A stretch of 64,000 bases of DNA from sequence record OM386656.1; one strand, given 5' to 3'. Position numbers and translations under genes: made by a program. The notes beneath the pieces were generated by a model. The model was not told the DNA's origin, did no database searches, and saw only the letters and a list, made by a program, of their open reading frames with translations. Source of the DNA: Escherichia phage vB_EcoM_ESCO25. The first letter of the stretch is position 1. Each line of letters opens with the position of its first letter. This document shows, piece by piece, positions 8,860-17,265 of this stretch.

Positions 8860-9462
8860 TTATGGACATTCATACCATTCTTTTTTACCACCGAAGGCCA
8901 TCACCACATCGCAAATATCCAGACCAGCTTTACCTACACCATATGCTTTCAGCTTCCATTCTCCATCTTCACGAACCAGGGAAGCCACGTGGCAGATTGT
9001 GTTGCCAGCTACTTCAGGAGCCAGGAAGTCAAAATCCAGAATTTCCACATTGCGCTCGGAGTCGAAGATTTTAAGCATACCTTCAGAAGCATGACCAAAA
9101 CGTTTCAGACCTGTATCATCATCAATGGTCAGAACAAAGGCAATCTCTTGTGCATCAGGAGAGATTTTAGCCAGAGTAATATCAATCTGCTCCATGCTGC
9201 CAGTTCCATCACGAACATCGTCACCAGCGAAGGTAGAACGTTCAGGATCAAACTTGTTAGCATAGCAAACCAGATGACGTGCAGACAGCATTTCAGGATT
9301 GCCAGCGGCATTGTGACGACAAACCAGTGCACTTACATCCAGATCCAGTTTAGAATCAGATTTCCAAGAGAATTCCAGACGCAGTTCTTTCAGAGCCGGA
9401 GCAACTTTCTTCAGGGAAATTTTTTCGCTAGAACCTTTTTTCAGGGAAATTTTATCAGTCAT
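8860..9462 (-). CDS. terD: TerD-family stress protein
   Basis: 200 aa; N-terminal KISLKK repeats, then LDLDVSAL, GDDVRDGTG, EIAFVLTIDD and REDGEWKLKAYGVGKAGL matching the TerD/TerE/TerZ fold signature. Confidence 0.8.
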   Translation of the reverse strand: MTDKISLKKGSSEKISLKKVAPALKELRLEFSWKSDSKLDLDVSALVCRHNAAGNPEMLSARHLVCYANKFDPERSTFAGDDVRDGTGSMEQIDITLAKISPDAQEIAFVLTIDDDTGLKRFGHASEGMLKIFDSERNVEILDFDFLAPEVAGNTICHVASLVREDGEWKLKAYGVGKAGLDICDVVMAFGGKKEWYECP

Positions 9463-9477
9463 CTTTTGTCTCCTCTA

Positions 9478-9747
9478 TTATTTAAGTGTAATACCAGTTA
9501 CAGTCAATTCTACTTCCAAAAGCTTAGATGTGTTTTGGATTGATACTAATTGTGCATGATGGTTTAGTTCTACAGCAGAATAATCATTTTCCCCATCATC
9601 TACTTTTAAATAAACAATGATTTCACTAAGGTCTAAACCATTTTCGTCAAATGCATTTTCATAGACGAAAGTATCTCCTACATCCAAATCTTTAATGGTA
9701 AGGCATCGTTTATTTACTTTTTGCTCATCAATTTCGAAGTTTAACAC
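9478..9747 (-). CDS. hypothetical protein, paralog of 10769..11065
   Basis: 89 aa; shares DLDVGDTFVYENAFDENGLD and C-terminal LEVELTVTGITLK with 10769..11065 (DLGIGATFMYYDAYEDAGLD, VEVDLEVTNITLK). Confidence 0.55.
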   Translation of the reverse strand: MLNFEIDEQKVNKRCLTIKDLDVGDTFVYENAFDENGLDLSEIIVYLKVDDGENDYSAVELNHHAQLVSIQNTSKLLEVELTVTGITLK

Positions 9748-9976
9748 TTCTTCCTCCTAATGTTATCTCCGGTTTGTATATACGAAGAATTATAGCATTT
9801 TCATTTTCTTTGTCAACCCATTCTTCATAATCAGGCCATACATGAATCTCTACTCTACTTACAATATCTTCCATTCGCACAGTCCCAATGAAATACTCTT
9901 TGAGACTGCGCATAATGAAAGCTTCTCTCTCGCGCCAATAATTTTCTATGACTTGAGAGGCAAGCTCGTCGATCAT
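9728..9976 (-). CDS. hypothetical protein
   Basis: 82 aa ORF in operon. Confidence 0.5.
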   Translation of the reverse strand: MIDELASQVIENYWREREAFIMRSLKEYFIGTVRMEDIVSRVEIHVWPDYEEWVDKENENAIILRIYKPEITLGGRSVKLRN

Positions 9977-10767
9977 TTTTTAGCACCTACTTTAACAACC
10001 CACTCTCCGAACTCTTCAGATAAGAGTTTGTCATAAAGCTCTGAATCTGTCAAGTCTAAATCTTTAATGCCAATAAAACCAACATTATCATAAGCATTTG
10101 CCAGTTCTTTCAGGAAGCCAAACTTCTCATTACCAACGCCAACCATGAACCAATAAATAGGTTTATTCTTATTCTCTTCAATAAGACGACGAACAGCACT
10201 AGGATCACCATTCTCACCATCCGTCTGGAAGAATACAACACCAGGGGTAACGTCAGCACCTGGTTCAGACACAGCTACAACCTTTTCACGCTCTACAGAT
10301 ACTGTTTCAGTTTTACCAAGCAGACGATTAAAGAAGCCTTTCTTTGGAGCCTCCTCTTGTACCACTTGTTTAGTGGTAATATATTTGGTAACAGTGCCAA
10401 AATACTCATCGTAGATATCTGCCATTACAGGGGCGTAATTTGTTCCACCTCCGATACGAACATTGCGCATACATTTACCAACATAGTCATCGTAAACGTC
10501 TGCTGTTGCTGGAGTAAGCTCTTGGGAACTCGTATTGAAGGCCCACATATCAATTTGTTGATTATCGTCGAACAGCATACCAAAAGGAAGCAGTTTACCT
10601 ACAAAATCACTCACTACCCCACTAGAATATAGACCATGCATACTACCAGAAATATCTAGAGCACATGCTACACGAAGAACAATCTTACCTTCATTCAGGT
10701 TCTTATTCTTTTTCAGAGAGAAAGCAAGGTTTTCTTGACGTTTTTTCAGGCTGATTTTCTCGGACAT
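9973..10767 (-). CDS. von Willebrand factor A (vWA) domain protein, TerY-like, with TerD-like ISLKK N-terminus
   Basis: 264 aa; N-terminal KISLKK...FSLKK, then a MIDAS-type ACALDISGSM (DxSxS), GGGTNYAPVM and VVFFQTDGENG. Confidence 0.7.
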   Translation of the reverse strand: MSEKISLKKRQENLAFSLKKNKNLNEGKIVLRVACALDISGSMHGLYSSGVVSDFVGKLLPFGMLFDDNQQIDMWAFNTSSQELTPATADVYDDYVGKCMRNVRIGGGTNYAPVMADIYDEYFGTVTKYITTKQVVQEEAPKKGFFNRLLGKTETVSVEREKVVAVSEPGADVTPGVVFFQTDGENGDPSAVRRLIEENKNKPIYWFMVGVGNEKFGFLKELANAYDNVGFIGIKDLDLTDSELYDKLLSEEFGEWVVKVGAKK

Positions 10768-10768
10768 A

Positions 10769-11065
10769 TTATTTCTCCTTCTTAAGTGTAATATTGGTAA
10801 CTTCTAAATCTACTTCCACCATATTTGTATCTGGCGGGATGCAATGAGTATAGCCTCGTTGTGCTAGTGATCCATTAATACAGATCGCACTGTTTGTGGA
10901 ATTTTTAATGAACACCAAGTTACGGTAGGTATCCAACCCTGCGTCTTCATAGGCATCATAATACATGAATGTGGCCCCTATGCCAAGATCTTCGAAAGCA
11001 ATAGGTAAATCCTGACACTTTTCTTCTTGAATATTGAATCTAAACACGCATACCTCCTCTACCAA
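10769..11065 (-). CDS. hypothetical protein, paralog of 9478..9747
   Basis: 98 aa; see paralog motifs above. Confidence 0.5.
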   Translation of the reverse strand: MVEEVCVFRFNIQEEKCQDLPIAFEDLGIGATFMYYDAYEDAGLDTYRNLVFIKNSTNSAICINGSLAQRGYTHCIPPDTNMVEVDLEVTNITLKKEK

Positions 11066-11603
11066 TTTTGAAGCCCAAATCGTAAGCTTCTTTAGTGATC
11101 TTTTGCAACTCGCTTATAGGAAGTGTTACAAGAGGATCATCTTCTTCAATTTCCATCTTGTCATCTTCTGTTTCAATGAGAGTATTATGCACTTTATGAT
11201 AAGGGTTGTCAACACGTTTAAACTTATTCTTTTCTGTGCTGAAGAAACAATCTGGATCTTCTTCACCATCACCCCAACCTTGATTAGGATCTCTGTCAGA
11301 TTGTTCTGTAGGGATCTCACCTGTAAAGTACTCTTCCAGCACCATAGCGATGCCGTCCCTTGGATTTGAGGAATGCATCAAATCACAAACCTTACTCCAA
11401 TCCATAGCCCAGTCGAACCGTTCACGAACGCCATTTTCATCCTCTTTTCCAGAGAAAACACAACCATAACTATCATAGTTGCCATACATCTCTTCAATAA
11501 CAACACCGTCCTTCAAAAGAAAGAGGTAGCAAGGTGATCCGTCGAAAGAAGTAGAAAGGGCAGCTTTGCCCGATTCTTTGCACAAAAAGCTAAAACAACC
11601 CAT
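11040..11603 (-). CDS. hypothetical acidic protein
   Basis: 187 aa ORF; Asp/Glu-rich. Confidence 0.5.
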   Translation of the reverse strand: MGCFSFLCKESGKAALSTSFDGSPCYLFLLKDGVVIEEMYGNYDSYGCVFSGKEDENGVRERFDWAMDWSKVCDLMHSSNPRDGIAMVLEEYFTGEIPTEQSDRDPNQGWGDGEEDPDCFFSTEKNKFKRVDNPYHKVHNTLIETEDDKMEIEEDDPLVTLPISELQKITKEAYDLGFKIGRGGMRV

Positions 11604-11806
11604 TACAAACCCTCCTTCAGATTATCAAGAGCTACAGTGGTTTCACAAAATTCTCCATAAGCTTTATGATGTTCCAGAAAAGCTTCGGGTCCACCCCAAT
11701 CATTGTCTTGTGTATTCCAGCCATCAATAAAAGCATCTTCAATGATTGTGATCAGTTCTTGTCGGGTTAACTGGATAATATTAGGGTCGTTATCGTAGTT
11801 AAACAT
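11603..11806 (-). CDS. hypothetical protein
   Basis: 67 aa ORF. Confidence 0.45.
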   Translation of the reverse strand: MFNYDNDPNIIQLTRQELITIIEDAFIDGWNTQDNDWGGPEAFLEHHKAYGEFCETTVALDNLKEGL

Positions 11807-11972
11807 CCTCTTCCTCCTCTAAAATATGGAACCCGTAATTACAATAGTCCTGAAAGGTTTCGTGTGCAAGATCTTCTATATCCTCTTGAGACATATCATC
11901 TTCAATTTCGATATCCACAACCTCATTGCATCCACACCAAGCAGTTTCAATATTCACTCGTAATATTTTCAT
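11799..11972 (-). CDS. hypothetical small protein (57 aa), not on ORF track
   Basis: Manual translation MKILRVNIETAWCGCNEVVDIEIEDDMSQEDIEDLAHETFQDYCNYGFHILEEEDV; start overlaps the upstream stop as TAATG with a GAGGAGG RBS; fills an otherwise unexplained gap. Confidence 0.4.
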   Translation of the reverse strand: MKILRVNIETAWCGCNEVVDIEIEDDMSQEDIEDLAHETFQDYCNYGFHILEEEEDV

Positions 11973-12169
11973 TACTCCTCCTCCTCATTGAAGTCAATAT
12001 CTGCAAGGAGTTCGAATTTACGGAAGTTACGACAACCTTCATAAATATAACAATCACGACAAACTGCTAGAACACTTGGGGGATATATGCCTCCCATCGG
12101 CGCGAATCGTTTTTCGTCATCATAACGGACACCAATGTCCTCATCAATTATATAGATACGGATTCTCAT
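11972..12169 (-). CDS. hypothetical protein (Cys-containing)
   Basis: 65 aa ORF. Confidence 0.45.
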   Translation of the reverse strand: MRIRIYIIDEDIGVRYDDEKRFAPMGGIYPPSVLAVCRDCYIYEGCRNFRKFELLADIDFNEEEE

Positions 12170-13278
12170 TTACCAAGCCCTCGTTTCACAGCAGCTACCA
12201 TCCCGTCTTCCAAAGATTGAACTTCATTAATATAATCAACACGAGCAGCACGGGCTTCCGTATTGATGCGGTTAGTTTCTTCCAACATCTTAACCAAGTT
12301 TTCCTGATCGTGACGCAGAGTTTCAATATCCAACACTTGACGGTTAGCCAGTGCTGCTGCTTCGATCTGATTCTGTGTGGCAAGATCGCTACCCAGTTTA
12401 ATTGCCAGGTTAAATTCATCAAGAACGTTATTCTGCGTCTCTGCTGCTTTCATTTGACGTAAGCTCTCGATATACATTGAGAAGTTAGCAGAGTAAGCAG
12501 GAATAACATTATTTACTATGTTACGCGCAGATCGCATTAAGCTTGCAGAAACTTTTTGCATACCTTGTACACGCGGTCCCATTTGGACACACAGTAGGCG
12601 CAATGCTTTTAAATCTGCAATACGAATCTCCAGAAGATCCAAAGTATCTCGGATCACTTGTCGCTGTTCTACTGCATCTTCTGGAAGAGCAGCCAAAGCT
12701 TGTTCTTCTTTTTCATAGGTTGCTGTTAGAAGCTGCATATCTCGGTTCAAACTTGCAGCATATTGTCCAATAGCTTGATGTAGCTTTTCAAGATATACCA
12801 AGGAATCTTCTTCTTTGCGAATATCCATTTGAAGGTTTTTTACCAACTCTTCAATACGGTTATTAACATTATCAAACTCCCCAAACAGATCTTCTTTCAT
12901 ACCCATAACTTTTTTAATGAGTTTAGTAATACCCTTGCTTTGTTTAATAGAGTTTGGATCAAGTTGTTTTGCCTGTTTAATCAAAGCTGTGAGTCGTTCA
13001 CTCATCTGATCGCCTTGATTACTACGTTGATGTTTTAATACCTCGGCATTCAAGGAACGCAAGGTTGTTCCTGCCTCTGCCCCAATCTCTTCGATCTCCT
13101 GTCGGGTCATAGAAGGCAAAACTGGAACTTCTTGCGGTGCCGCTGGTGCATAAACAGGACTGGCATCTAACACGCTTGGAGCGAATACAGATTTACTTGC
13201 ATCTGTTGTTGCAGCAAATACGCTCATTTCAGGTTTCTTCTGACAGCCAGTAGCTGCTTTTAAAAATGGACTTGTCAT
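12166..13278 (-). CDS. TelA-like toxic-anion-resistance family protein
   Basis: 370 aa, predicted all-helical; N-terminal EIEEIGAEAGTTLRSLNAEVLKHQRSNQGDQMSERLTALIKQAKQLDP parallels the conserved TelA/KlaA N-terminal block. Confidence 0.6.
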   Translation of the reverse strand: MTSPFLKAATGCQKKPEMSVFAATTDASKSVFAPSVLDASPVYAPAAPQEVPVLPSMTRQEIEEIGAEAGTTLRSLNAEVLKHQRSNQGDQMSERLTALIKQAKQLDPNSIKQSKGITKLIKKVMGMKEDLFGEFDNVNNRIEELVKNLQMDIRKEEDSLVYLEKLHQAIGQYAASLNRDMQLLTATYEKEEQALAALPEDAVEQRQVIRDTLDLLEIRIADLKALRLLCVQMGPRVQGMQKVSASLMRSARNIVNNVIPAYSANFSMYIESLRQMKAAETQNNVLDEFNLAIKLGSDLATQNQIEAAALANRQVLDIETLRHDQENLVKMLEETNRINTEARAARVDYINEVQSLEDGMVAAVKRGLGK

Positions 13279-13865
13279 TCTTCATTCTCCTCTTCTGCAT
13301 CTCTTATATATGGTGAAACACCGTACTCTTTAGCTACTTTAACCCAATCGTCCCATTTATACAACCATAATTTTCCTTCGGTCCCTTCTTTATCTGATTT
13401 CAACCACATATTAGGTTGCTTACCTGGGTACATGCGATTAGGTTTACGATTATAACCTCTAACACATCTTGTCGCAAACCTATCTACCAGAACAAGAACA
13501 TATTTATATTCGTGGTTCAACGGCTCTTTGGAAGTGGCTTTAGGATTAGCCCCTAACTCTGCTGCCAGTTTTTGCCAATGAGCACCGTGTCTACTAAACT
13601 TACCCATACAACCATCAATAGCATGAGCAATTTCGTGCTTCATTGTATCCACGATCATATCTCTTGTAGAGTTCTTATGCAAGTGCCAATTTACAACAAC
13701 AATTTTATCTCGGTAGTTGCACCAACCGAAAGAGTTATTCACTTTGTTTCTAACACAAGCTTTATATCCTGCTTCACGTAACATGTTGTAGTAAACAGGA
13801 AAATCTTCTTTTATTTCCTGCATCACTTCCCACCACAAGAGTTGCAAGTCTCTCTCGGTATACAT
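13275..13865 (-). CDS. SprT-like zinc metallopeptidase domain protein
   Basis: 196 aa; HExxH motif MKHEIAHAIDGCMGKFSRHGAHW with an SprT-like N-terminal region. Confidence 0.55.
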   Translation of the reverse strand: MYTERDLQLLWWEVMQEIKEDFPVYYNMLREAGYKACVRNKVNNSFGWCNYRDKIVVVNWHLHKNSTRDMIVDTMKHEIAHAIDGCMGKFSRHGAHWQKLAAELGANPKATSKEPLNHEYKYVLVLVDRFATRCVRGYNRKPNRMYPGKQPNMWLKSDKEGTEGKLWLYKWDDWVKVAKEYGVSPYIRDAEEENEE

Positions 13866-13868
13866 AAC

Positions 13869-14462
13869 TTACACCTTAAAAGTGAAATGCGTGGTCGTGG
13901 TTTCAAAATCAGGACCAGATAAACGTGCACTGAAATCTGAAATATTTGTAATTAAAAAGCTTTTATGCATACCTAACACAGCTACGCTTTCAATATCTTC
14001 TACTAACATTTCAATCATGTTAGAAACATGGCTGAACGTAGAGTTTTGTTTTTTGATGGTGTAGAAAGAAAGATTCCCACCTGCTGTATAAGATACCTCT
14101 TCAAAATCTTTAATGGTATATTGTGTGCCATCAGTAAAGAAAATGGTAGCTTTATTAGTAGCACGTTTCTTGTTTTTTGGTCCTTTTTTACGTTTACTGC
14201 GAGTAGGCAAACCGTTTGGGAACACCATAGCTACAAATTCTTCAGCAGAAACCTCCTTACCGAAATCATAACCATAAGAAACAGCGTCTATAAACTCGTC
14301 ATCTTCATTTTTAAAATAATGGAAATAGGGCCAATTTGAAAGATTATCAAGCATCTTATGCTCGTCCACAGCAGAGAATGTATCCCTCAAAGCGCGTGTG
14401 ATTTGCAAAGCATTAGGCAACCTTTTAACACCTACGATGGAAGTACGAATAGAAATTGTCAT
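13869..14462 (-). CDS. hypothetical protein
   Basis: 197 aa ORF. Confidence 0.5.
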   Translation of the reverse strand: MTISIRTSIVGVKRLPNALQITRALRDTFSAVDEHKMLDNLSNWPYFHYFKNEDDEFIDAVSYGYDFGKEVSAEEFVAMVFPNGLPTRSKRKKGPKNKKRATNKATIFFTDGTQYTIKDFEEVSYTAGGNLSFYTIKKQNSTFSHVSNMIEMLVEDIESVAVLGMHKSFLITNISDFSARLSGPDFETTTTHFTFKV

Positions 14463-14476
14463 TGTTTTTCTCCTTA

Positions 14477-14914
14477 TTAACGTCGCTTGCTACGAGATGA
14501 ACTCTTTTTACTTAAAGGGCTATTGTAAGATTTACGAGTTGTATAGCTACTATTTGTTTTAAAAGTTTGTCTCGGCTTTTCATAAGTTTTTATCTCTTGT
14601 TTAGGCTTACTATAAAAATTAGTTTTCGGTTTAGGTGTATTATAATGCTTATTAATAATCGTTCTGTTATCGTTATAATCCCCACTGCTACGATTACTAC
14701 CGCCACTCATCATATGCCCTAACAACATACCTGTAGCAAACTCACCAACACCGCTACTACTAGAACCGCCACCATTGTTGATAATAGTTGTATCTCCGTC
14801 AGATCCTTGTTGAGCGTATTGTTGAGGAGGTTGTTGGTATTGTGCAGGATTTGTCTCATCCTCGCAAGCTGTTAAAAAGATACAACCAATTAAAATCAGG
14901 GCTAGTTTTTTCAT
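14477..14914 (-). CDS. lipoprotein, low-complexity Q/G/S-rich
   Basis: Start trimmed to MKKLALILIGCIFLTAC (lipobox LTAC); the remainder is Gln/Gly/Ser/Lys-rich. Confidence 0.6.
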   Translation of the reverse strand: MKKLALILIGCIFLTACEDETNPAQYQQPPQQYAQQGSDGDTTIINNGGGSSSSGVGEFATGMLLGHMMSGGSNRSSGDYNDNRTIINKHYNTPKPKTNFYSKPKQEIKTYEKPRQTFKTNSSYTTRKSYNSPLSKKSSSRSKRR

Positions 14915-15101
14915 ATTTGCTTTCCTCGTTTTGGCTATTAATACATCTGTGTTTGAAATCTCCAGAGAAGCAATAAAGTTGCTCTCCATCTCGGTATAAA
15001 CTCACTTTACTGCCGTTGATTACGCTTGTCAATACAAAAATTACAACAAACAACCCTATTGCAAAACAAATATTTTCAAACACAACCAACAAGTATTTCA
15101 T
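14856..15101 (-). CDS. possible small membrane protein
   Basis: 81 aa ORF with hydrophobic N-terminus LLVVFENICFAIGLFVVIFVLTSVI; overlaps the lipoprotein start, so uncertain. Confidence 0.35.
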   Translation of the reverse strand: MKYLLVVFENICFAIGLFVVIFVLTSVINGSKVSLYRDGEQLYCFSGDFKHRCINSQNEESKYEKTSPDFNWLYLFNSLRG

Positions 15102-15448
15102 TTTAAAAATACCTCATCATCAGTTTCATTATCCCAGAAGAACAAGTCCCAACCATTCGGATCATTCCATTTAGCTGCTGGAGAAGTCCATATTTGCTCG
15201 ATATCAATATTCAAAACTTCACCGTTTCGTTTTGAAACAGCTTTAGTTAATTCCCAACGGGATACAGGCTCCACTTCCCCTGAACCACTCCCACAACAAG
15301 CTACCACATTAGGAGGCAAATTAATTGGATCTTTGGTCACGATCATAACGCTTACCCCAGGGTAAACTTTTGAAAGATAATCTAAAACGTAATCCACATC
15401 ACCAGATAAATCCCAAACAAGTTCTTGAATTTCATCAAAATTACTCAT
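15098..15448 (-). CDS. hypothetical protein
   Basis: 116 aa ORF; RBS aggagag. Confidence 0.5.
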   Translation of the reverse strand: MSNFDEIQELVWDLSGDVDYVLDYLSKVYPGVSVMIVTKDPINLPPNVVACCGSGSGEVEPVSRWELTKAVSKRNGEVLNIDIEQIWTSPAAKWNDPNGWDLFFWDNETDDEVFLK

Positions 15449-15454
15449 AAGTCT

Positions 15455-15484
15455 CTCCTATAAAATAGCCTCCCGAAGGAGGCT
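15455..15484 (-). terminator. intrinsic terminator after terC
   Basis: AGCCTCC-cgaa-GGAGGCT hairpin (15467-15484), followed on the minus strand by TATTTTATA. Confidence 0.55.
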
Positions 15485-15490
15485 CATTTA

Positions 15491-16465
15491 TTAAACAGTA
15501 GCTTCTTCTTTTTCAGGGAAGATAAAGCTTGCAATAACACCAAGAGATAATGTGCCTAGAACAATCATCAGACTTACGTTAGGGGAAATATCATGCGGGA
15601 GGAATGACCACTTGGCATGAAGTGTTTCACCGAACGGGTGATACATAAGTTTAGCACCAACAAACACCAGAACCACAGCAACAGCTTTCTCTAAGTGAAC
15701 CAGATATTTCACAGCTACACTTAACACAAAGAAAAGTGCACGTAAACCAAGAACAGCCATCAGCATTGCAGAATAAACTAGCAGAGGTTCTTGTGTCACA
15801 CCGATCACAGCCGGAACTGAATCAAAAGAGAAGACAATATCTGTAAGCTCAATAACAAACACACAAAGAAGAGCAGGAGTTGCATATTTAATACCATTCT
15901 TAATGGTGATGAACTTTTCACCATCCAGTGCATTGTGCACAGGCAGAACTTTACCTACTAAACGAACAGCCCAATGTTTAGAGTAATCAATATCCTCTTC
16001 TTTGTCACCACCTTTGATGATAGCCACGGCAGACCAAGCTACAATCAAACCGAACAACACTTGGACCGACCAATGAAGGTTAAACAAAGCGGTCCCTGCT
16101 GCAACAAAAATACCTCGGAAGACAATGGCTCCTGCAATCCCCCAAAGTAGAATCTTATGTTGGAGATGTGTGCTCTTAATTCCAAAGCTTGCAAAAATTG
16201 CCATGAACACCATTAGGTTATCTACAGAAAGACTCTTTTCCAACACATAGCCACTTAGGAAAAGCGCGGCAAACTCTTTACCATGTTCTACCCAAATGAA
16301 TGCGTAATACCCTAAAGCTAAAGCAATCCAAAAAACAGACCAAAGCAAAGCAGATTTAATTCCAATTTCTTTATTCTCTTTATGACCAAAGAAATCGATA
16401 CCAATAGACAATGCTAAAATACCAACTAAAACAACTACATCAATAATTGGGAAACCGAGTTGCAT
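15491..16465 (-). CDS. terC: TerC-family integral membrane protein
   Basis: 324 aa, multiple transmembrane helices; LSGYVLEKSLSVDNLMVFMAIF and downstream helices match the TerC/Alx signature (LSxDNxxVF). Confidence 0.8.
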   Translation of the reverse strand: MQLGFPIIDVVVLVGILALSIGIDFFGHKENKEIGIKSALLWSVFWIALALGYYAFIWVEHGKEFAALFLSGYVLEKSLSVDNLMVFMAIFASFGIKSTHLQHKILLWGIAGAIVFRGIFVAAGTALFNLHWSVQVLFGLIVAWSAVAIIKGGDKEEDIDYSKHWAVRLVGKVLPVHNALDGEKFITIKNGIKYATPALLCVFVIELTDIVFSFDSVPAVIGVTQEPLLVYSAMLMAVLGLRALFFVLSVAVKYLVHLEKAVAVVLVFVGAKLMYHPFGETLHAKWSFLPHDISPNVSLMIVLGTLSLGVIASFIFPEKEEATV

Positions 16466-16482
16466 TCTTTTCTCCTCTCTTT

Positions 16483-16541
16483 GCGGGGAACTATTCCCCG
16501 CTTCATGTGATATATCTTACTCTTTTTAAGAACTATGTCAA
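16483..16541 (-). promoter_or_regulatory. PeSL-like cassette (promoter plus 5' stem-loop) upstream of terC
   Basis: Minus strand: TTGACA (16541-16536), N16, TAAGAT (16519-16514), atatcacatgaa, hairpin GCGGGGAATAGTTCCCCGC (16501-16483), RBS gagaggag; same architecture as the plus-strand array at 38.3-48.2 kb. Confidence 0.6.
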
Positions 16542-16544
16542 CAC

Positions 16545-16766
16545 TTATTTTGTTGAATGAGAGGAAAAGATTCCTCGTAATACCGCCAAAATAAACGAAA
16601 CACAAACCACGGTCCAGAAGGTTACTGGGACAGTGATATCTGCATGACCCATAACTTCAGCAACATAGTTGTAAGCCAGCAACAGTAACCAAGCTGGAAT
16701 CAAACTAAGCATAAAAGCAATAACAAAAAAGCTTACCACTGCAACAATACCTGCAAAAACACCCAT
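16545..16766 (-). CDS. small membrane protein
   Basis: 73 aa, two or three hydrophobic helices. Confidence 0.5.
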   Translation of the reverse strand: MGVFAGIVAVVSFFVIAFMLSLIPAWLLLLAYNYVAEVMGHADITVPVTFWTVVCVSFILAVLRGIFSSHSTK

Positions 16767-16778
16767 ACTAATCTCCTC

Positions 16779-17252
16779 TTAAAGTTTATAAATAGTCACA
16801 TCGTGACCTGTTTTTACTAAAGTTTCTTCAATCATCACTTGGATGATAGCCCAATTACCTCCGGCATGTCCCGCTCCAATCATAGGTAAACCGATCTTAC
16901 ATTTTTGGTCACGGAGAAGCAAATCATTAGCCATAGCTATTAGTGCATCGTAAAGTGCATCATAGTCCAACTGACGACCTTTAGCATTGTATCCGTAACG
17001 GTATTGCCCGTATAGATTATATACCAAAGGGTCTGATTGTTCGTCTGGCACCCCTAAACTAAAAGAACCTAACTTACTTTGATCACCAGCCATTGTGTCT
17101 AAATCTGCCGCATATGCATAAGGGAATGCTCGTTTAATTTGCGGAGCAATTCCTGCTCCCATATTACACATACAATTGCAACAATGAGCAATAACAGTTA
17201 CTTCACCTGCTTTAGCGGCATCAATAAGATTACCTGTTTTCATTTTAAGCAT
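16779..17252 (-). CDS. macro domain protein (ADP-ribose binding or hydrolysing)
   Basis: Start set at MLKMK with AAGGAG RBS; VIAHCCNCMCNMGAGIAPQIKRAFP and GLPMIGAGHAGG resemble the macro-domain Gly-rich loops. Confidence 0.65.
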   Translation of the reverse strand: MLKMKTGNLIDAAKAGEVTVIAHCCNCMCNMGAGIAPQIKRAFPYAYAADLDTMAGDQSKLGSFSLGVPDEQSDPLVYNLYGQYRYGYNAKGRQLDYDALYDALIAMANDLLLRDQKCKIGLPMIGAGHAGGNWAIIQVMIEETLVKTGHDVTIYKL

Positions 17253-17265
17253 TTTTAGCTCCTTA

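Noticed and set aside
8989-9543. Plus-strand ORF (184 aa)
   Set aside because: Antisense to terD, which has clear domain motifs; shadow ORF.
12195-12422. Minus-strand ORF (75 aa) overlapping the TelA-like gene in another frame
   Set aside because: Fully nested in the TelA-like reading frame; alternative-frame artefact.
8860-16465. TerB or TerZ/TerA/TerE homologs to complete a canonical terZABCDE operon
   Set aside because: Only one TerD-family protein, a vWA protein, a TelA-like protein and TerC could be supported; no TerB-like sequence was recognised, so the module is called Ter-like rather than a full ter operon.
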